Shown here: one piece after another, positions 9,251-19,775 of the stretch | How the letters are laid out: every line of letters begins with the position of its first letter | Position numbering within the stretch: the first letter of the stretch is position 1 | NCBI GenBank assembly: GCA_030018435.1 | Contig: JASEEY010000001.1 | Span: 83,641 to 147,640, forward strand | Source: Methanocellales archaeon | GTDB lineage: Archaea; Halobacteriota; UBA148; JAUWXC01 | Length of the DNA: 64,000 nucleotides | Reading direction: 5' to 3' | Program-made: the position numbers and the translations under genes | The notes under the pieces: generated by a model | Databases searched by the model: none | What the model was told of the DNA's origin: nothing | Seen by the model: only the letters and a program-made list of their open reading frames with translations

Positions 9251-10798
9251 ATGAAATTTAACCCAGCTGAAATTAAAGAGAGGGCAAGAAAGGATTTTGA
9301 GAGCACATGGAAAGAGACGGCCAGTTTTGTTGATAGAGAGGTCAGAAAATTCAACCTACCAAAGAAGAAGGGGAAGACGCATCCATTGACAACATATTCA
9401 GAGAAAGCACGTAACATACTTCTCGATATGGGCTTTGATGAAGTCATGCTGAAGCCTATCTGGGATGAGCAACATGTTAAGCTCCAGTATGGTCCTGAGG
9501 CGCCAGCTATCTTAGACAGACTTTATTATCTTGCAACGCTTCCTAGACCGGATATCGGTCTATCTGATGAGAAGAAGAAATTAATAGGGCGTAGAATCAA
9601 GGGCTTCAACAACTTCGAAAAACTCCAAGACATCTTGAAGGATTACAAAAGGGGCAAGATAGAATCTGGAGAGGATTTTACGGAAGCGCTGGTTACCGGA
9701 TTAAACATAAAGACCGAGGATGCGCACTTTTTGATTAACGATGTCTTTTCTGAACTAAAAGAGGTCAAACCAGAGCCGTCTACTCTAACACTGGTCTCGC
9801 ATTTGACCACGGCGTGGTTCCCAACGCTTCAAGCGATCCAAGGTAAAAGAGAATTGCCAATAATGTTATTCACTCTCGGATGGCGCTTCAGGAGGGAGCA
9901 GAGAGAGGACCCAACGCATATGAGGGCGCATTACAACCTGAGCACGGTCGTCATGGATGAAGATTTTACAATAGCAGACGGGAGATACATTACCGAGGAG
10001 TTTTTCAAAAGGATGGGATACGACAAAATAGAATTTCGGAAGAAGCCGAGCACGCCTGCCTACTATGCCCCTGGCACCAACTATGAGGTATTCGTAAAAC
10101 ATCCAGAGCAGGGATGGATTGAGGTTACCGAGATTGGCATGTATTCACCGGTTGCGCTTGCCAATTATGATATTACATACCCCGTCTTTAACTCTGGTCC
10201 TGGTTTAGGCAGAATAATCATGTTATCCGAAGGTATCGGGGATATCAGGGAGGTTCATTTCCCGGAATTCTATACAGAGCTGACCCTGAGCGATGAGAGA
10301 ATCGCTGCCATGATCAGTATTGACAAAAAGCCGGAGACGCCTGCAGGAAAGGAGATTATAGAGGCAATCATCAAGACGTGCGAGAAATACGGCAATGTAC
10401 TCTCTCCATGCAGATTCGAGGCATGGAAAGGCAATGTCGGGGGCAGACACATAGGAGTGTACGTAGTAGAGGAGGAGAAAAACACAAAACTCTGCGGACC
10501 GGCATTTCTCAATGAGATAGTGGTATATCGCGGCGATGTCATCGGTGTTCCGCCAACGAAAAGATTTGAGGAAATCCGCAACAAGGGTATTCGCACTGGC
10601 ATCAAGTTCATCGACGGATTTGCCGCACTGGCGGCGCATGAAATCGAGCGCGGAGAGAGGACCATCAAGATAAAGATAGCAGAGGCACTGAGCGATGTAA
10701 ATGTGAAGATAGATCCTGTCGCGATTAGGTATATCCAGAGCAATAACAAAAAACTCGACATAAGAGGTCCTGTGTTCACCACTGTCAAGGTTGAGTGA
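9251..10798 (+). CDS. sepS: O-phosphoseryl-tRNA(Cys) synthetase, divergent catalytic domain
   Basis: MKFNP start, GPEA.A.LDR.YYL, FRREQRED, YSPVALANY, C-terminal KLCGPA.LN and DIRGPVF. Confidence 0.88.
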   Translation: MKFNPAEIKERARKDFESTWKETASFVDREVRKFNLPKKKGKTHPLTTYSEKARNILLDMGFDEVMLKPIWDEQHVKLQYGPEAPAILDRLYYLATLPRPDIGLSDEKKKLIGRRIKGFNNFEKLQDILKDYKRGKIESGEDFTEALVTGLNIKTEDAHFLINDVFSELKEVKPEPSTLTLVSHLTTAWFPTLQAIQGKRELPIMLFTLGWRFRREQREDPTHMRAHYNLSTVVMDEDFTIADGRYITEEFFKRMGYDKIEFRKKPSTPAYYAPGTNYEVFVKHPEQGWIEVTEIGMYSPVALANYDITYPVFNSGPGLGRIIMLSEGIGDIREVHFPEFYTELTLSDERIAAMISIDKKPETPAGKEIIEAIIKTCEKYGNVLSPCRFEAWKGNVGGRHIGVYVVEEEKNTKLCGPAFLNEIVVYRGDVIGVPPTKRFEEIRNKGIRTGIKFIDGFAALAAHEIERGERTIKIKIAEALSDVNVKIDPVAIRYIQSNNKKLDIRGPVFTTVKVE

Positions 10799-11513
10799 GA
10801 TGAAGTTGCTCCTTTTGTTGCCAACTCTAAATGAAGAAGGAGCGCTAAAGGCGCTGGCAAATGAAATTCCCAATGAATTTGAAGTTCTGGTGGTGGATGG
10901 ATGCTCGACGGATGGAACGAAGGATGTTGTACTCAAGCACAATTGGCAATTCATCACCCAGAGGTATGGCAGGGGCAAGGGATGTGGCATCAGGACGGGC
11001 ATGGAAGAGTTTCTGAAGACAGATTGTGATTATCTTGGTATCATCGATGCGGATTACACATGCGACCCCAAGGAAGTGGCAAGAATACTGCAGGCGCTGA
11101 AGGATGATGACTTCGAGGTGATGCTGGGCAGTCGCGATAAGGCGAATCAACTGCAGTATTTAGGAGAGTTTTCAGTATTCGTCAACTGGCTCATATCTAG
11201 CATGGTATCACACGTATATAAGCAGAAACTATCCGACGTCCAGACTAGCTATTGGCTGTTTACCAGAGATGCAGTCGATAGAATCTTGCCATGCTTAGCG
11301 GCGAGTGGTTTTGAAATCGAATATGATTTGCTATACAATGCGTGGCGACTGGGATTAAAAATAGGGGAAACACCCGTAAGTATCAGAAGAAGGATAGGGA
11401 AGAGCAAATTTAGTACATATCACAGGTTCAAGCAGATAGTATATGGACTGAAATATCTATTTCTGAGCCTGGGGCACCTACATGGAAAGCGATATTTTTT
11501 GCAAAAAGCGTGA
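10791..11513 (+). CDS. GT2 glycosyltransferase (dolichol-phosphate mannosyltransferase-like)
   Basis: PTLNEE, VVDGCSTDGT, GKG, DAD, FEIE. Confidence 0.85.
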   Translation: MSEMKLLLLLPTLNEEGALKALANEIPNEFEVLVVDGCSTDGTKDVVLKHNWQFITQRYGRGKGCGIRTGMEEFLKTDCDYLGIIDADYTCDPKEVARILQALKDDDFEVMLGSRDKANQLQYLGEFSVFVNWLISSMVSHVYKQKLSDVQTSYWLFTRDAVDRILPCLAASGFEIEYDLLYNAWRLGLKIGETPVSIRRRIGKSKFSTYHRFKQIVYGLKYLFLSLGHLHGKRYFLQKA

Positions 11514-12156
11514 TATTATATCACTGCTTGAGACTCAAAAAATCGTGGCCGATCAAGCAATCGTTGAAGATCGATTTGAAACGCTGAAAGGCGTTGCTGG
11601 CGTAGATCAGGCATTTTTTGATGACAAGGTCATCTCTGGAATTGTCGTTCTTGATTATGAGACGATGGATGCTCTGGAGAAGATACACTCAATTGAAGAA
11701 GTCGATTTTCCCTACATCCCCACTTTTCTGTCATTCAGAGAAGGACCTGCAATCGTATCTGCATTTCGCACCCTAAAAAACAAACCTGACCTACTGATGG
11801 TCGATGGATGTGGCATCAATCATCCCCGCAGGGCAGGGCTGGCAACCCATGTCGGCGTTGCGCTGGACACGCCAACGATAGGCGTCGCGAAGAGACTATT
11901 GTGCGGGGTCGTCAAGACGCCTACGAAAGTCGACGAGTGTAATCCTATACTCTTAGATGGCAAGCACGTAGGCGCATCCCTCCTCTCAAAGAGTGGTTGT
12001 AATCCCATCTACATCGCACCAGGGCATAGGGTTTCTCTGCGCACTACGATCAAGATTGTAAAACATTGCCTGCGCGGATACAAGCTTCCGGAGCCGATAC
12101 GAGTTGCGCATGAGTATGTTGGCAGGGTCTCGAAACGTTTAAACAGTGGGACGTAG
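11482..12156 (+). CDS. nfi: Endonuclease V
   Basis: AGVD, FPYIPTFLSFRE, DGCGINHPR, IGVAK, KLPEP. Confidence 0.93.
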   Translation: MESDIFCKKRDIISLLETQKIVADQAIVEDRFETLKGVAGVDQAFFDDKVISGIVVLDYETMDALEKIHSIEEVDFPYIPTFLSFREGPAIVSAFRTLKNKPDLLMVDGCGINHPRRAGLATHVGVALDTPTIGVAKRLLCGVVKTPTKVDECNPILLDGKHVGASLLSKSGCNPIYIAPGHRVSLRTTIKIVKHCLRGYKLPEPIRVAHEYVGRVSKRLNSGT

Positions 12157-12175
12157 AGGGTAAGGTGGGTTTAAC

Positions 12176-12604
12176 GTGGATAAGAGAACAAAAGCCCCAC
12201 GGCAATGGACACTTCTCGCTGCAACAGCAGGTCCAGAGCCGGCATCCAGAAAAGTGAACTTGATAATTGATATCGCCAAACAGTTAAATGCAAGATTGGT
12301 GGTTTTGTATGTCATCTTAGCTCTGGGTTCAGTTCCTCCATCCTACTGGGTAGAAGATGGAAGAAAGGCCATTGAAATTTTTAAACAGGCGGGTAAGAGA
12401 GAGAGTGTTGATGTCAGAGGTGTGCTGGTGGAGAGTGAACATATTGATAGTGCGATTCTAAGCACTGCCGAAGATGTTGGTGCGAATATGATCATATTAG
12501 GTGTAGGGCGTCACAGCGTTTTGAGACATCTCTTAGGTGGTGATTTCATAGAACACATCATATATCGTTCCCAGCGGCCTGTAATAATAATCCCTACACT
12601 TTAG
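12176..12604 (+). CDS. Universal stress protein
   Basis: USP pattern IILG.GRHS...LLG...E.II....PV. Confidence 0.8.
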   Translation: MDKRTKAPRQWTLLAATAGPEPASRKVNLIIDIAKQLNARLVVLYVILALGSVPPSYWVEDGRKAIEIFKQAGKRESVDVRGVLVESEHIDSAILSTAEDVGANMIILGVGRHSVLRHLLGGDFIEHIIYRSQRPVIIIPTL

Positions 12605-13862
12605 CAGTGTTGTAGATATACCATGCGATGCCTGTGCTCAATACGCCAAATCCTATGATTAAATCTTTCGCGCCAAACTGCGCTATTAAAATTAAGCAGG
12701 AAGCAGCACCAAGCATTGGAGTTACAGGATATCCAGGTGTTTTAAAGGCAGGCATTTTCTTCTTCACTTGCCTGTTGTATATCACCGCAAAGTCAACGAG
12801 CATAAACGCAAATAGAACCAGAACGTTAGCAGCCTTCGCAAGTTTTTCGATATCCGCGATTATGGCTCCTGCAATCACCACAATTCCAATGAGGAAGACG
12901 GATATGTGCGGCGTCTTAAACGTCGGGTGAACCCTAGAAAGGATGAAGGGCAGATTTCTGTCCCGCCCCATCGCCAAGGATATCCGAGATGCAGCTAGGA
13001 TGCACATGTTGATGGTGGATATCATCGCGAGAAATCCAATAATCGTTATCAAAATTATTCCAGCATCACCCATAACCACCTCAGCTACGTCAACTATGGC
13101 CTTTGTTGGGTGAAGCTCATCATAGGCTACAATGCCGGTCATAGCGAGCGCGACCAACATATACACGCAGGTCACCACCCCGATCGAAAGCACCATTGCG
13201 CGCGGGGCATTGCGCTCTGGTTCCTTCAACTCCTCCACCATGGTTGCGATTATAGCGAAACCTATGAAGGTCACGTAGAGAAGTCCGGCGGCTTTAAAGA
13301 CGTTGCTCCAGCCATAAGGCGCAAAGGGCCAGTATAAAGCTGGATTGATGCTTGGAATGCAAATCGCTGAAAAAATGCCCAACGTGACGAGTAGTATGAG
13401 CGTGATGATGTTCTGTAGTTTGGACGATATGCGTACACCAACGTAGTTGACGAACGTTATTGCAATGCCAATTGTGACTATGCCTAACGTTCTCGGTATG
13501 TGTTGAAAGAAAACGCTGGCAAACACGATCAACCCCAATAGGCTGAACCCAGATTTAACCACCAAGCTGAACCATTTTCCCCAACCGGCAAGGAATCCCC
13601 AGATGCCTCCTACAGTTTCGTTGACGAGGACGTATGCTCCGCCCGCCTTGGGTATTGCCGTAGCTAACTCGGCGTGACAAAGAGCAGTCAGCATAGAAGC
13701 GATACCAGCAATAAGGAAGGAGATGATGATAGCAGGTCCAGCCATATTTGCAGCGAGACCAGGTAGCACGAAGATACCTGCACCGACCATTGCCCCGATG
13801 CCAATCATCGATGCATCTAAAAACCCAAGGATGGGGGGTAGTTTATCATATTGTTTTACCAT
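12594..13862 (-). CDS. APC-family amino acid permease
   Basis: GAMVGAGIF, AELATAIPKAGG, EE.K.P; likely start MVKQYDK at 13862. Confidence 0.9.
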   Translation of the reverse strand: MVKQYDKLPPILGFLDASMIGIGAMVGAGIFVLPGLAANMAGPAIIISFLIAGIASMLTALCHAELATAIPKAGGAYVLVNETVGGIWGFLAGWGKWFSLVVKSGFSLLGLIVFASVFFQHIPRTLGIVTIGIAITFVNYVGVRISSKLQNIITLILLVTLGIFSAICIPSINPALYWPFAPYGWSNVFKAAGLLYVTFIGFAIIATMVEELKEPERNAPRAMVLSIGVVTCVYMLVALAMTGIVAYDELHPTKAIVDVAEVVMGDAGIILITIIGFLAMISTINMCILAASRISLAMGRDRNLPFILSRVHPTFKTPHISVFLIGIVVIAGAIIADIEKLAKAANVLVLFAFMLVDFAVIYNRQVKKKMPAFKTPGYPVTPMLGAASCLILIAQFGAKDLIIGFGVLSTGIAWYIYNTAKV

Positions 13863-14012
13863 GTTTTGCACCTTACCCCAGCTTCTTGAGAACTTTGGTG
13901 TGTTTTGGTACAGACTCGTTATATATCTGTCGAACTTGGCTTGTGAGTTTATGTAACGTTTTTGTACGGAGCTGGCAATATACAAATCAAATGCATCCGC
14001 ACTGTGATACCA

Positions 14013-14900
14013 ATGATCAAATATCAACTTATGCACGCAAAATCGATGTTGGTCGGCTCGCCAGACGAGTGGTTTAGGAGCGGATGGAATCTGAACACAT
14101 ATCGCGGGTGCGAGCACGCCTGCAATTACTGTTACGCGAGATCCCACAAATACCTGATACATTCAACCGAGGAGGCTTTTGATCGAACCATATTTGTTAA
14201 AATAAACGCGCCTCAGGTTCTGCGAAGAGAACTGGAAAAACTTTCGAAAAAAGGAAAGAAGGGCATCATTTGCTTTAATTCGGCATCTGACCCCTATCAG
14301 CCTTGCGAGGTGAAATACAAAATCTCGAGAAAAGTGTTAGGAGTCATAAAAGATTACCACTTCCCGTGTCACATAATGATGAAATCCGACCTAATCTTAA
14401 GAGACCTGGACCTGCTCAGAGAAGTCTCAGAAAGAGCTTGGTGCACCGTCTCCTTCACCATAACGACCTTTGAGCTAGCGGAGCTATTGGAGCCAAAAGC
14501 ACCAGAGCCAGAGAGGAGGTTGAACGCGATGAAGAAACTATCCGAGGAAGGGGTTTCAACTGGTATTCTCCTGATGCCCATCATTCCTTACCTAACTGAT
14601 AATAAAGAGAACATCGAGGAAATCGTCGAGAGGGGTGCTGAGAGCGGCGCCGAGTACGTGATCCCGGGAGAGATGACTTTGCGGGACGCGCAAAAGGAGA
14701 GATTTATGAAATTGCTGGAAGAGACATTTCCTGAACTAGTGGAGAAATATGAGGCCCTGTATAAAAACTCAATCCCCGGCGAGGAATATAGGTCGAAGGT
14801 CACTGAAATCATCAAGAGCGTCTGCCATAAGCATAAAATGCCCATGAGAATACCAGAGCCAAGGATTAAGAGATATGTGCAGAGCGAGCTGCTGCCCTAG
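14013..14900 (+). CDS. Radical SAM protein, SplB/Rv2578c-like
   Basis: NTYRGCEHACNYCYAR, SDPYQP.E, LEP.AP. Confidence 0.85.
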   Translation: MIKYQLMHAKSMLVGSPDEWFRSGWNLNTYRGCEHACNYCYARSHKYLIHSTEEAFDRTIFVKINAPQVLRRELEKLSKKGKKGIICFNSASDPYQPCEVKYKISRKVLGVIKDYHFPCHIMMKSDLILRDLDLLREVSERAWCTVSFTITTFELAELLEPKAPEPERRLNAMKKLSEEGVSTGILLMPIIPYLTDNKENIEEIVERGAESGAEYVIPGEMTLRDAQKERFMKLLEETFPELVEKYEALYKNSIPGEEYRSKVTEIIKSVCHKHKMPMRIPEPRIKRYVQSELLP

Positions 14901-14923
14901 CAAAAGCCTTAAAATACTATTAT

Positions 14924-14951
14924 TCAATATTGAGAAGTATATCAATATTGA
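14924..14951. promoter_or_regulatory. Two copies of palindrome TCAATATTGA, candidate RbkR operator
   Basis: Copies at 14924-14933 and 14942-14951, directly upstream of the HTH-riboflavin kinase gene. Confidence 0.65.
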
Positions 14952-14959
14952 GGAGATAT

Positions 14960-15619
14960 ATGGCAGATATCAATGCGCTCAAAAAACTGGCATTATTGGG
15001 TGCCATCAAAGGTCCAATTCAACTATCGTCATCCAGCTTCGCCAAGCACATATCATCGAGCACCCAGACTGCATCACGGCGACTGCAAGCACTTGAGCGA
15101 GAGGGATTGATTTCCAGAAGCATTCTCCCGGCAGGAGGACAACATATTACGATCACCAAAAGCGGGAAGGATGCGTTGAGAAACGAATGCTATGAGTACC
15201 AAAAGATTTTCGAACCGATCAAGAACGAAGTTATGCTAAGGGGCGAGGTGATCACCGGTCTCGGAGAAGGACAATACTATATGTCGCTGGAAGGATACAG
15301 AACGCAATTCAAAGATAAATTAGGATTTATACCATATCCGGGCACGCTAAACCTCATACTGGATGATAAGAGTACTGTCCTCAGGAAGAAATTGGATGAA
15401 GATGAGGGCATCCCAATTCATGGTTTTAGCTCCCAGCAAAGGACGTTTGGTGGTGGCAAGTGCTTCAGGGCTGCGATTGAAGGAATAGAGGGTGCAGCCA
15501 TACTTCCGGACAGGTCACACTACCCTAATAATGTATTAGAGGTCATTGCACCAAAAAATCTTAGAAAAATGCTCAGGCTGAAGGATGGGGGTGAAATTAG
15601 CGTGAGGGTCGTCTTATGA
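14960..15619 (+). CDS. ribK: CTP-dependent riboflavin kinase with N-terminal wHTH (RbkR-type)
   Basis: S.QTASRRL..LE HTH; GLGEG.YY, PYPGTLN, LR..L.LKDG. Confidence 0.92.
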   Translation: MADINALKKLALLGAIKGPIQLSSSSFAKHISSSTQTASRRLQALEREGLISRSILPAGGQHITITKSGKDALRNECYEYQKIFEPIKNEVMLRGEVITGLGEGQYYMSLEGYRTQFKDKLGFIPYPGTLNLILDDKSTVLRKKLDEDEGIPIHGFSSQQRTFGGGKCFRAAIEGIEGAAILPDRSHYPNNVLEVIAPKNLRKMLRLKDGGEISVRVVL

Positions 15620-16314
15620 AACGTAAAATTGAGAACGTATGCAAAGCGATTGCATCCGTGAAAAGGGGCAATGTCGTCCTGATATACGACTCTGATAATA
15701 GGGAGGGAGAAACCGATATCGTGATGTCTGCGTGTGCGGTCACCCCGAAACACGTAGCACTGATGCGAAGGGATGCGGGTGGGCTGATATGCGTTGCGAT
15801 ACATCCCATCGCAGCGGAGCGACTTAGGCTACCATTCGTGTCAGACCTTTTGAGATATGCAAGCGGCAGTGGCCTTGATGTCGCGGAAGTAGTAGAGAGG
15901 CCGGGTGATGTTCCATATGACAGAAGTTCGTCATTCTCGCTCTGGGTCAATCACAGGAAGACCTTTACGGGAATAACAGACATCGATAGGGCGCTGACCA
16001 TCAACGAGATTGGCAAGGCCGTCCGCTTATCGATGAACGGTGCTGGGATCGATTTTGGCAAGGAGTTTCGCTCGCCGGGACATGTTCCGTTGCTGAGAGC
16101 AGCGAACAATCTGCTTCGCGAGAGAAGAGGTCAGACCGAGCTGTCGATTGCCCTAGCTGAGCTTGCAGGAATTACACCTGCAATGGTCATGTGTGAGATG
16201 TTAGATGAAGGGAGCGGAAGGGCGCTTTCTAAAGAAGGTGCCAAGCGCTACGCAGACGTCCGCGGACTCGTTTTCCTCGAGGGTGACGAGATCATAGATG
16301 CGTGCGACCGCTGA
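15616..16314 (+). CDS. ribB: 3,4-dihydroxy-2-butanone-4-phosphate synthase
   Basis: REGETD, GGLIC, TGITDIDR, PGHV, R.GQTE, CEM. Confidence 0.93.
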   Translation: MKRKIENVCKAIASVKRGNVVLIYDSDNREGETDIVMSACAVTPKHVALMRRDAGGLICVAIHPIAAERLRLPFVSDLLRYASGSGLDVAEVVERPGDVPYDRSSSFSLWVNHRKTFTGITDIDRALTINEIGKAVRLSMNGAGIDFGKEFRSPGHVPLLRAANNLLRERRGQTELSIALAELAGITPAMVMCEMLDEGSGRALSKEGAKRYADVRGLVFLEGDEIIDACDR

Positions 16315-16371
16315 TTTAAAAATCATAACACATATATTCCTTTGAAGATAGTGTACAGAGGTGGCATTCAT

Positions 16372-17241
16372 ATGTCTGGGCTTATCTACATAAATGGTGA
16401 TTATGTTCCAACGGAGGAGGCCAAGATATCGATTTTCGATCACGGGTTCCTTTACGGCGATGGTGTGTTTGAGGGAATACGAGCATACAACGGCAAGGTC
16501 TTCAAATTGGATGAGCACATCGATCGCCTGTACAATTCTGCCAGCGCAATATGTCTGAAGATACCCCTATCAAAGGAGGAAATGAAGGCAACCATCCTAG
16601 AATGTCTCAGAAAGAACGATTTAAAAGATGCGTACATCAGGCCAATCGTGTCGAGGGGTATCGGCGATCTAGGACTTGATCCAAGAAAATGTCCAAAGCC
16701 GAACATAATCATTATCACCCAAGAGTGGGGTGCGTTGTATGGAGATTTGTATGAAAAGGGGCTAGCAGCGGTGACTGTGGGTGTGCGTCGCAACCCGCCA
16801 GAAGCCCTCCCGCCAAACATCAAGTCATTGAACTACCTCAACAACATTCTCGCGAAGCTCGAGGCGAATGAGAAGGGCGGAGACGAGGCGATCATGTTCG
16901 ATGTTCATGGTAATCTTTCGGAAGGTACTGGTGACAATATTTTTTTGGTCAATAACGAGCACATCGTAACGCCACCCACGATAAACAATCTTGAAGGAAT
17001 TACGAGGGCTACCGTAATCGATATCGCGAAGAAGTTGGGCTACGTCGTCGAGGAAAAGAACTGTGGATTGTACGACCTTTACACCGCTGACGAAGTATTC
17101 GTTACCGGTACGGCGGCAGAGGTGGCACCCATGACAAAAATCGATGGACGAGTTATAGGAGATGGTAAGCCCGGCAAGATAACAAAGCAACTCATGGCAG
17201 AGTTCAAGAAACTGACCGAAAGAGATGGGACACCTATATAA
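16372..17241 (+). CDS. ilvE: Branched-chain amino acid aminotransferase
   Basis: [35 protein letters not shown]. Confidence 0.95.
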   Translation: MSGLIYINGDYVPTEEAKISIFDHGFLYGDGVFEGIRAYNGKVFKLDEHIDRLYNSASAICLKIPLSKEEMKATILECLRKNDLKDAYIRPIVSRGIGDLGLDPRKCPKPNIIIITQEWGALYGDLYEKGLAAVTVGVRRNPPEALPPNIKSLNYLNNILAKLEANEKGGDEAIMFDVHGNLSEGTGDNIFLVNNEHIVTPPTINNLEGITRATVIDIAKKLGYVVEEKNCGLYDLYTADEVFVTGTAAEVAPMTKIDGRVIGDGKPGKITKQLMAEFKKLTERDGTPI

Positions 17242-18874
17242 AGCCGTGCATTCCATGCATCAGGTAAGGTCCTATAAACAGGAATATGAACGATGCGAGA
17301 ATTAATAATGCCAGTCCGTTAACTACGACATTCGATATTCTCTCTTGTTTATCTTTATTTTTCGTAATGTGGCTCACCGCGGATATGGCCATCTCCCTGA
17401 ACACATGTCCACCATCCAGGGGCACTGCAGGCAGGCAGTTGAACAATCCGACATAGAAATTGATCCACGCAACCCAAAGTACGAGATTCGCAATCCAGAA
17501 AATTCCATTTCCCAATGGCAATGCCCATCCAACTGGCTGGTAGAATTGAATAACCGGGAACGTAAATCCAACAAGCTTTGACCCCATCACTCCCATGAAA
17601 GGAAGCCCAACTAGAATCAACCATCCAGACAGCGTACCCAGCATCGAGGGTATCGACTGCAAGAATGAAAGAACATCGGCAGCTGGGTACTCGCTAAGTT
17701 TAGCTCCCAGGAGATCAACAGAAGGTGCGACGGTAACGCCAAGAAATCCTTTTTTCATGCCTTCATGTGGGGGCTCAGCCAGCGTCACGTTAAAGACTTT
17801 TTCTGTGCCATTGTCAATGACCCGAACATTAACGGTCTGAGCAGGATGGGTGGCGTTCATAGAAGTCATAAATAAATCCAAAGTAGGAGTGGGCATATTA
17901 TTTATTCTGACGATCCTCATACCTGGCGTTATACCTGCATCTTTGGCAGGATATCCATCGATCACATCCATGATCTCCACTCCAAAGATGATATTTTGCG
18001 GGGTCACATCTACATTGAACGTCTTTTTTATTCCATTATCCACGGCATGAACCGCGATAGGACCTCTTGGCTGGATGGAGTGCATGAAGGAGTAGACATC
18101 GTGGATGCTCGTTATTTCGACCTTGTCCAGCTGGGTTATGATTACTCCCTGTTGAATTCCAACTAAGTCAGCAGGCGATCCAGGTGTTACGCTGGCAACC
18201 ATCACGTTGCCGGTAGGCACAATCGCTCCCAGAATGGGGCCAAAGAATAGTATGAATGCGATAAGCGCTATGACAAAATTGGCCATGACGCCAGCGATAA
18301 GAATGCGAACTCTTTCATCTTTCGTGGCAAGCGGTTTGACCTTCTCGCCAGTTTCTTTTATCCCGAACAGTTGCTCATCATCAAGCTCGGTAAAAAATGC
18401 GACTGGTATCAGCGCCAGCACGATGCCCATGGATTTTACCCTGATGTTTTCCACCTTGCCCAAGATGGCATGAGAGAATTCGTGGACAACTATGGCAACG
18501 ATTAACCCAACCAAGCCCCATATGAGTGGAATGAACTCATTTATGCCCGGCAAAAGGAGGATGTTCCTGGGTTCGGTGAGCGCCGAAGGATAGATTGGGT
18601 GGACCAACATGAGATAATCTGCGTAAAGCAACACTGCAAACATAAAGCACATCGCAATCAACATCAGCGGTTGCCCCGCACCTGCGAACGTTCTCCAGAA
18701 CCGTCTGGGCTTAGCTAAGCGTTCTAGCAGTTTCTGCCCCTTTTTCGTGCCGATCATGAGTAGCGGACCGTGCGCGCGGATGTTATGCCGCTCCAGCACG
18801 CCTTTTTTGTCAAGGGCTGATATGATGGCCCAGTATATGCCGAAAATCGCCAGCACCAGCAGCGTAGAGTTCAA
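17234..18874 (-). CDS. Site-2 protease (M50) with PDZ domains
   Basis: HEFSH and [11 protein letters not shown] motifs, two PDZ-like repeats. Confidence 0.9.
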   Translation of the reverse strand: MNSTLLVLAIFGIYWAIISALDKKGVLERHNIRAHGPLLMIGTKKGQKLLERLAKPRRFWRTFAGAGQPLMLIAMCFMFAVLLYADYLMLVHPIYPSALTEPRNILLLPGINEFIPLIWGLVGLIVAIVVHEFSHAILGKVENIRVKSMGIVLALIPVAFFTELDDEQLFGIKETGEKVKPLATKDERVRILIAGVMANFVIALIAFILFFGPILGAIVPTGNVMVASVTPGSPADLVGIQQGVIITQLDKVEITSIHDVYSFMHSIQPRGPIAVHAVDNGIKKTFNVDVTPQNIIFGVEIMDVIDGYPAKDAGITPGMRIVRINNMPTPTLDLFMTSMNATHPAQTVNVRVIDNGTEKVFNVTLAEPPHEGMKKGFLGVTVAPSVDLLGAKLSEYPAADVLSFLQSIPSMLGTLSGWLILVGLPFMGVMGSKLVGFTFPVIQFYQPVGWALPLGNGIFWIANLVLWVAWINFYVGLFNCLPAVPLDGGHVFREMAISAVSHITKNKDKQERISNVVVNGLALLILASFIFLFIGPYLMHGMHGFI

Positions 18875-18930
18875 TCAATGCCCCCATAAAGTTATTTTAG
18901 GTCCATCCATATTATAGGTGGTGACTGAAA

Positions 18931-19233
18931 TTGTTCTCGGTGGTATATATAACCGCGAACGATCTGGATGAGGCGAAGCGCATTTCGCGTGTTTTGGTAG
19001 AGGAAAGGCTGGCTGCATGTGTGAACGTGTTTCCGATAACCTCAATGTATCACTGGGATGGGCTACGAGAGGAAAAGGAGGTTGCGCTGATCGCAAAAAC
19101 GAAGACCGCGAATGTTAAAAAAGTGGAGAACAGGGTGAAGGAGTTGCACAGTTATGACGTTCCGTGCATCATTTCGTTCCAAATTGATGGTTCTGAGGAG
19201 TTTTTGAAATGGATAGGAGATGAGGTTAAATGA
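18931..19233 (+). CDS. cutA: Divalent-cation tolerance protein
   Basis: LAACVN, S.Y.W.G, HSYDVP. Confidence 0.92.
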   Translation: MFSVVYITANDLDEAKRISRVLVEERLAACVNVFPITSMYHWDGLREEKEVALIAKTKTANVKKVENRVKELHSYDVPCIISFQIDGSEEFLKWIGDEVK

Positions 19234-19775
19234 AGATTGACACAGATGCGAAAGCGAATCGTTTGTACAGCCCGCAGCTGGTGGGTTTGATTACTACAAT
19301 AGACCCCAGCGGAAAGCCGAACGTTGCGACGTTTGCATGGATTACGAGTGTCTCATCCAATCCTGAGATGATTGCCGTTTGTCTCGCGCCAAAGAGGTAT
19401 ACATACGAGTGCATTGCTCAGAGCGGAGAGTTTGTGGTAAACCTGCCAACCGTCGATATCATCGATAGTGTCTGGTTCTGTGGAAAGCACTCTGGAAGAG
19501 ATGTCGACAAATTTAAAGAGACGGGGTTAACGCCTCTCGACTCAATAAAAGTCAAGCCCCCAAGAATTAAAGAGTGTGCCGCACATCTGGAGTGTAGGTT
19601 GGCAAATACGTTTGAGGTCGGTGATCACATCATCGTCATCGGCGAGGTTGTCGCCAAATCGTGTGACGAAAGTGCGATAGTAGATGAAACCCTAAATATT
19701 ACAAAAGTCAAGCCCCTGCTTCATGCAGGAGGCTCTAAATTCGTGGTTGCAAAGGAGATCATGGATGTGAAATGA
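19230..19775 (+). CDS. Flavin reductase / flavoredoxin family protein
   Basis: GEFVVN.P, G..SGR..DKF, LEC, GDH. Confidence 0.88.
   Translation: MKIDTDAKANRLYSPQLVGLITTIDPSGKPNVATFAWITSVSSNPEMIAVCLAPKRYTYECIAQSGEFVVNLPTVDIIDSVWFCGKHSGRDVDKFKETGLTPLDSIKVKPPRIKECAAHLECRLANTFEVGDHIIVIGEVVAKSCDESAIVDETLNITKVKPLLHAGGSKFVVAKEIMDVK

Noticed and set aside
10223-11002. Long antisense or alternate-frame ORFs (also 25013..25699, 31867..32676, 49500..50144)
   Set aside because: Shadows of well-conserved genes on the opposite strand, with no recognisable motifs.
13863-14162. Apparent head-to-head overlap of permease and radical SAM genes (similarly at 23244-23346, 26659-26728, 48616-48883)
   Set aside because: Artefact of longest-ORF start selection; downstream ATGs remove the overlaps.
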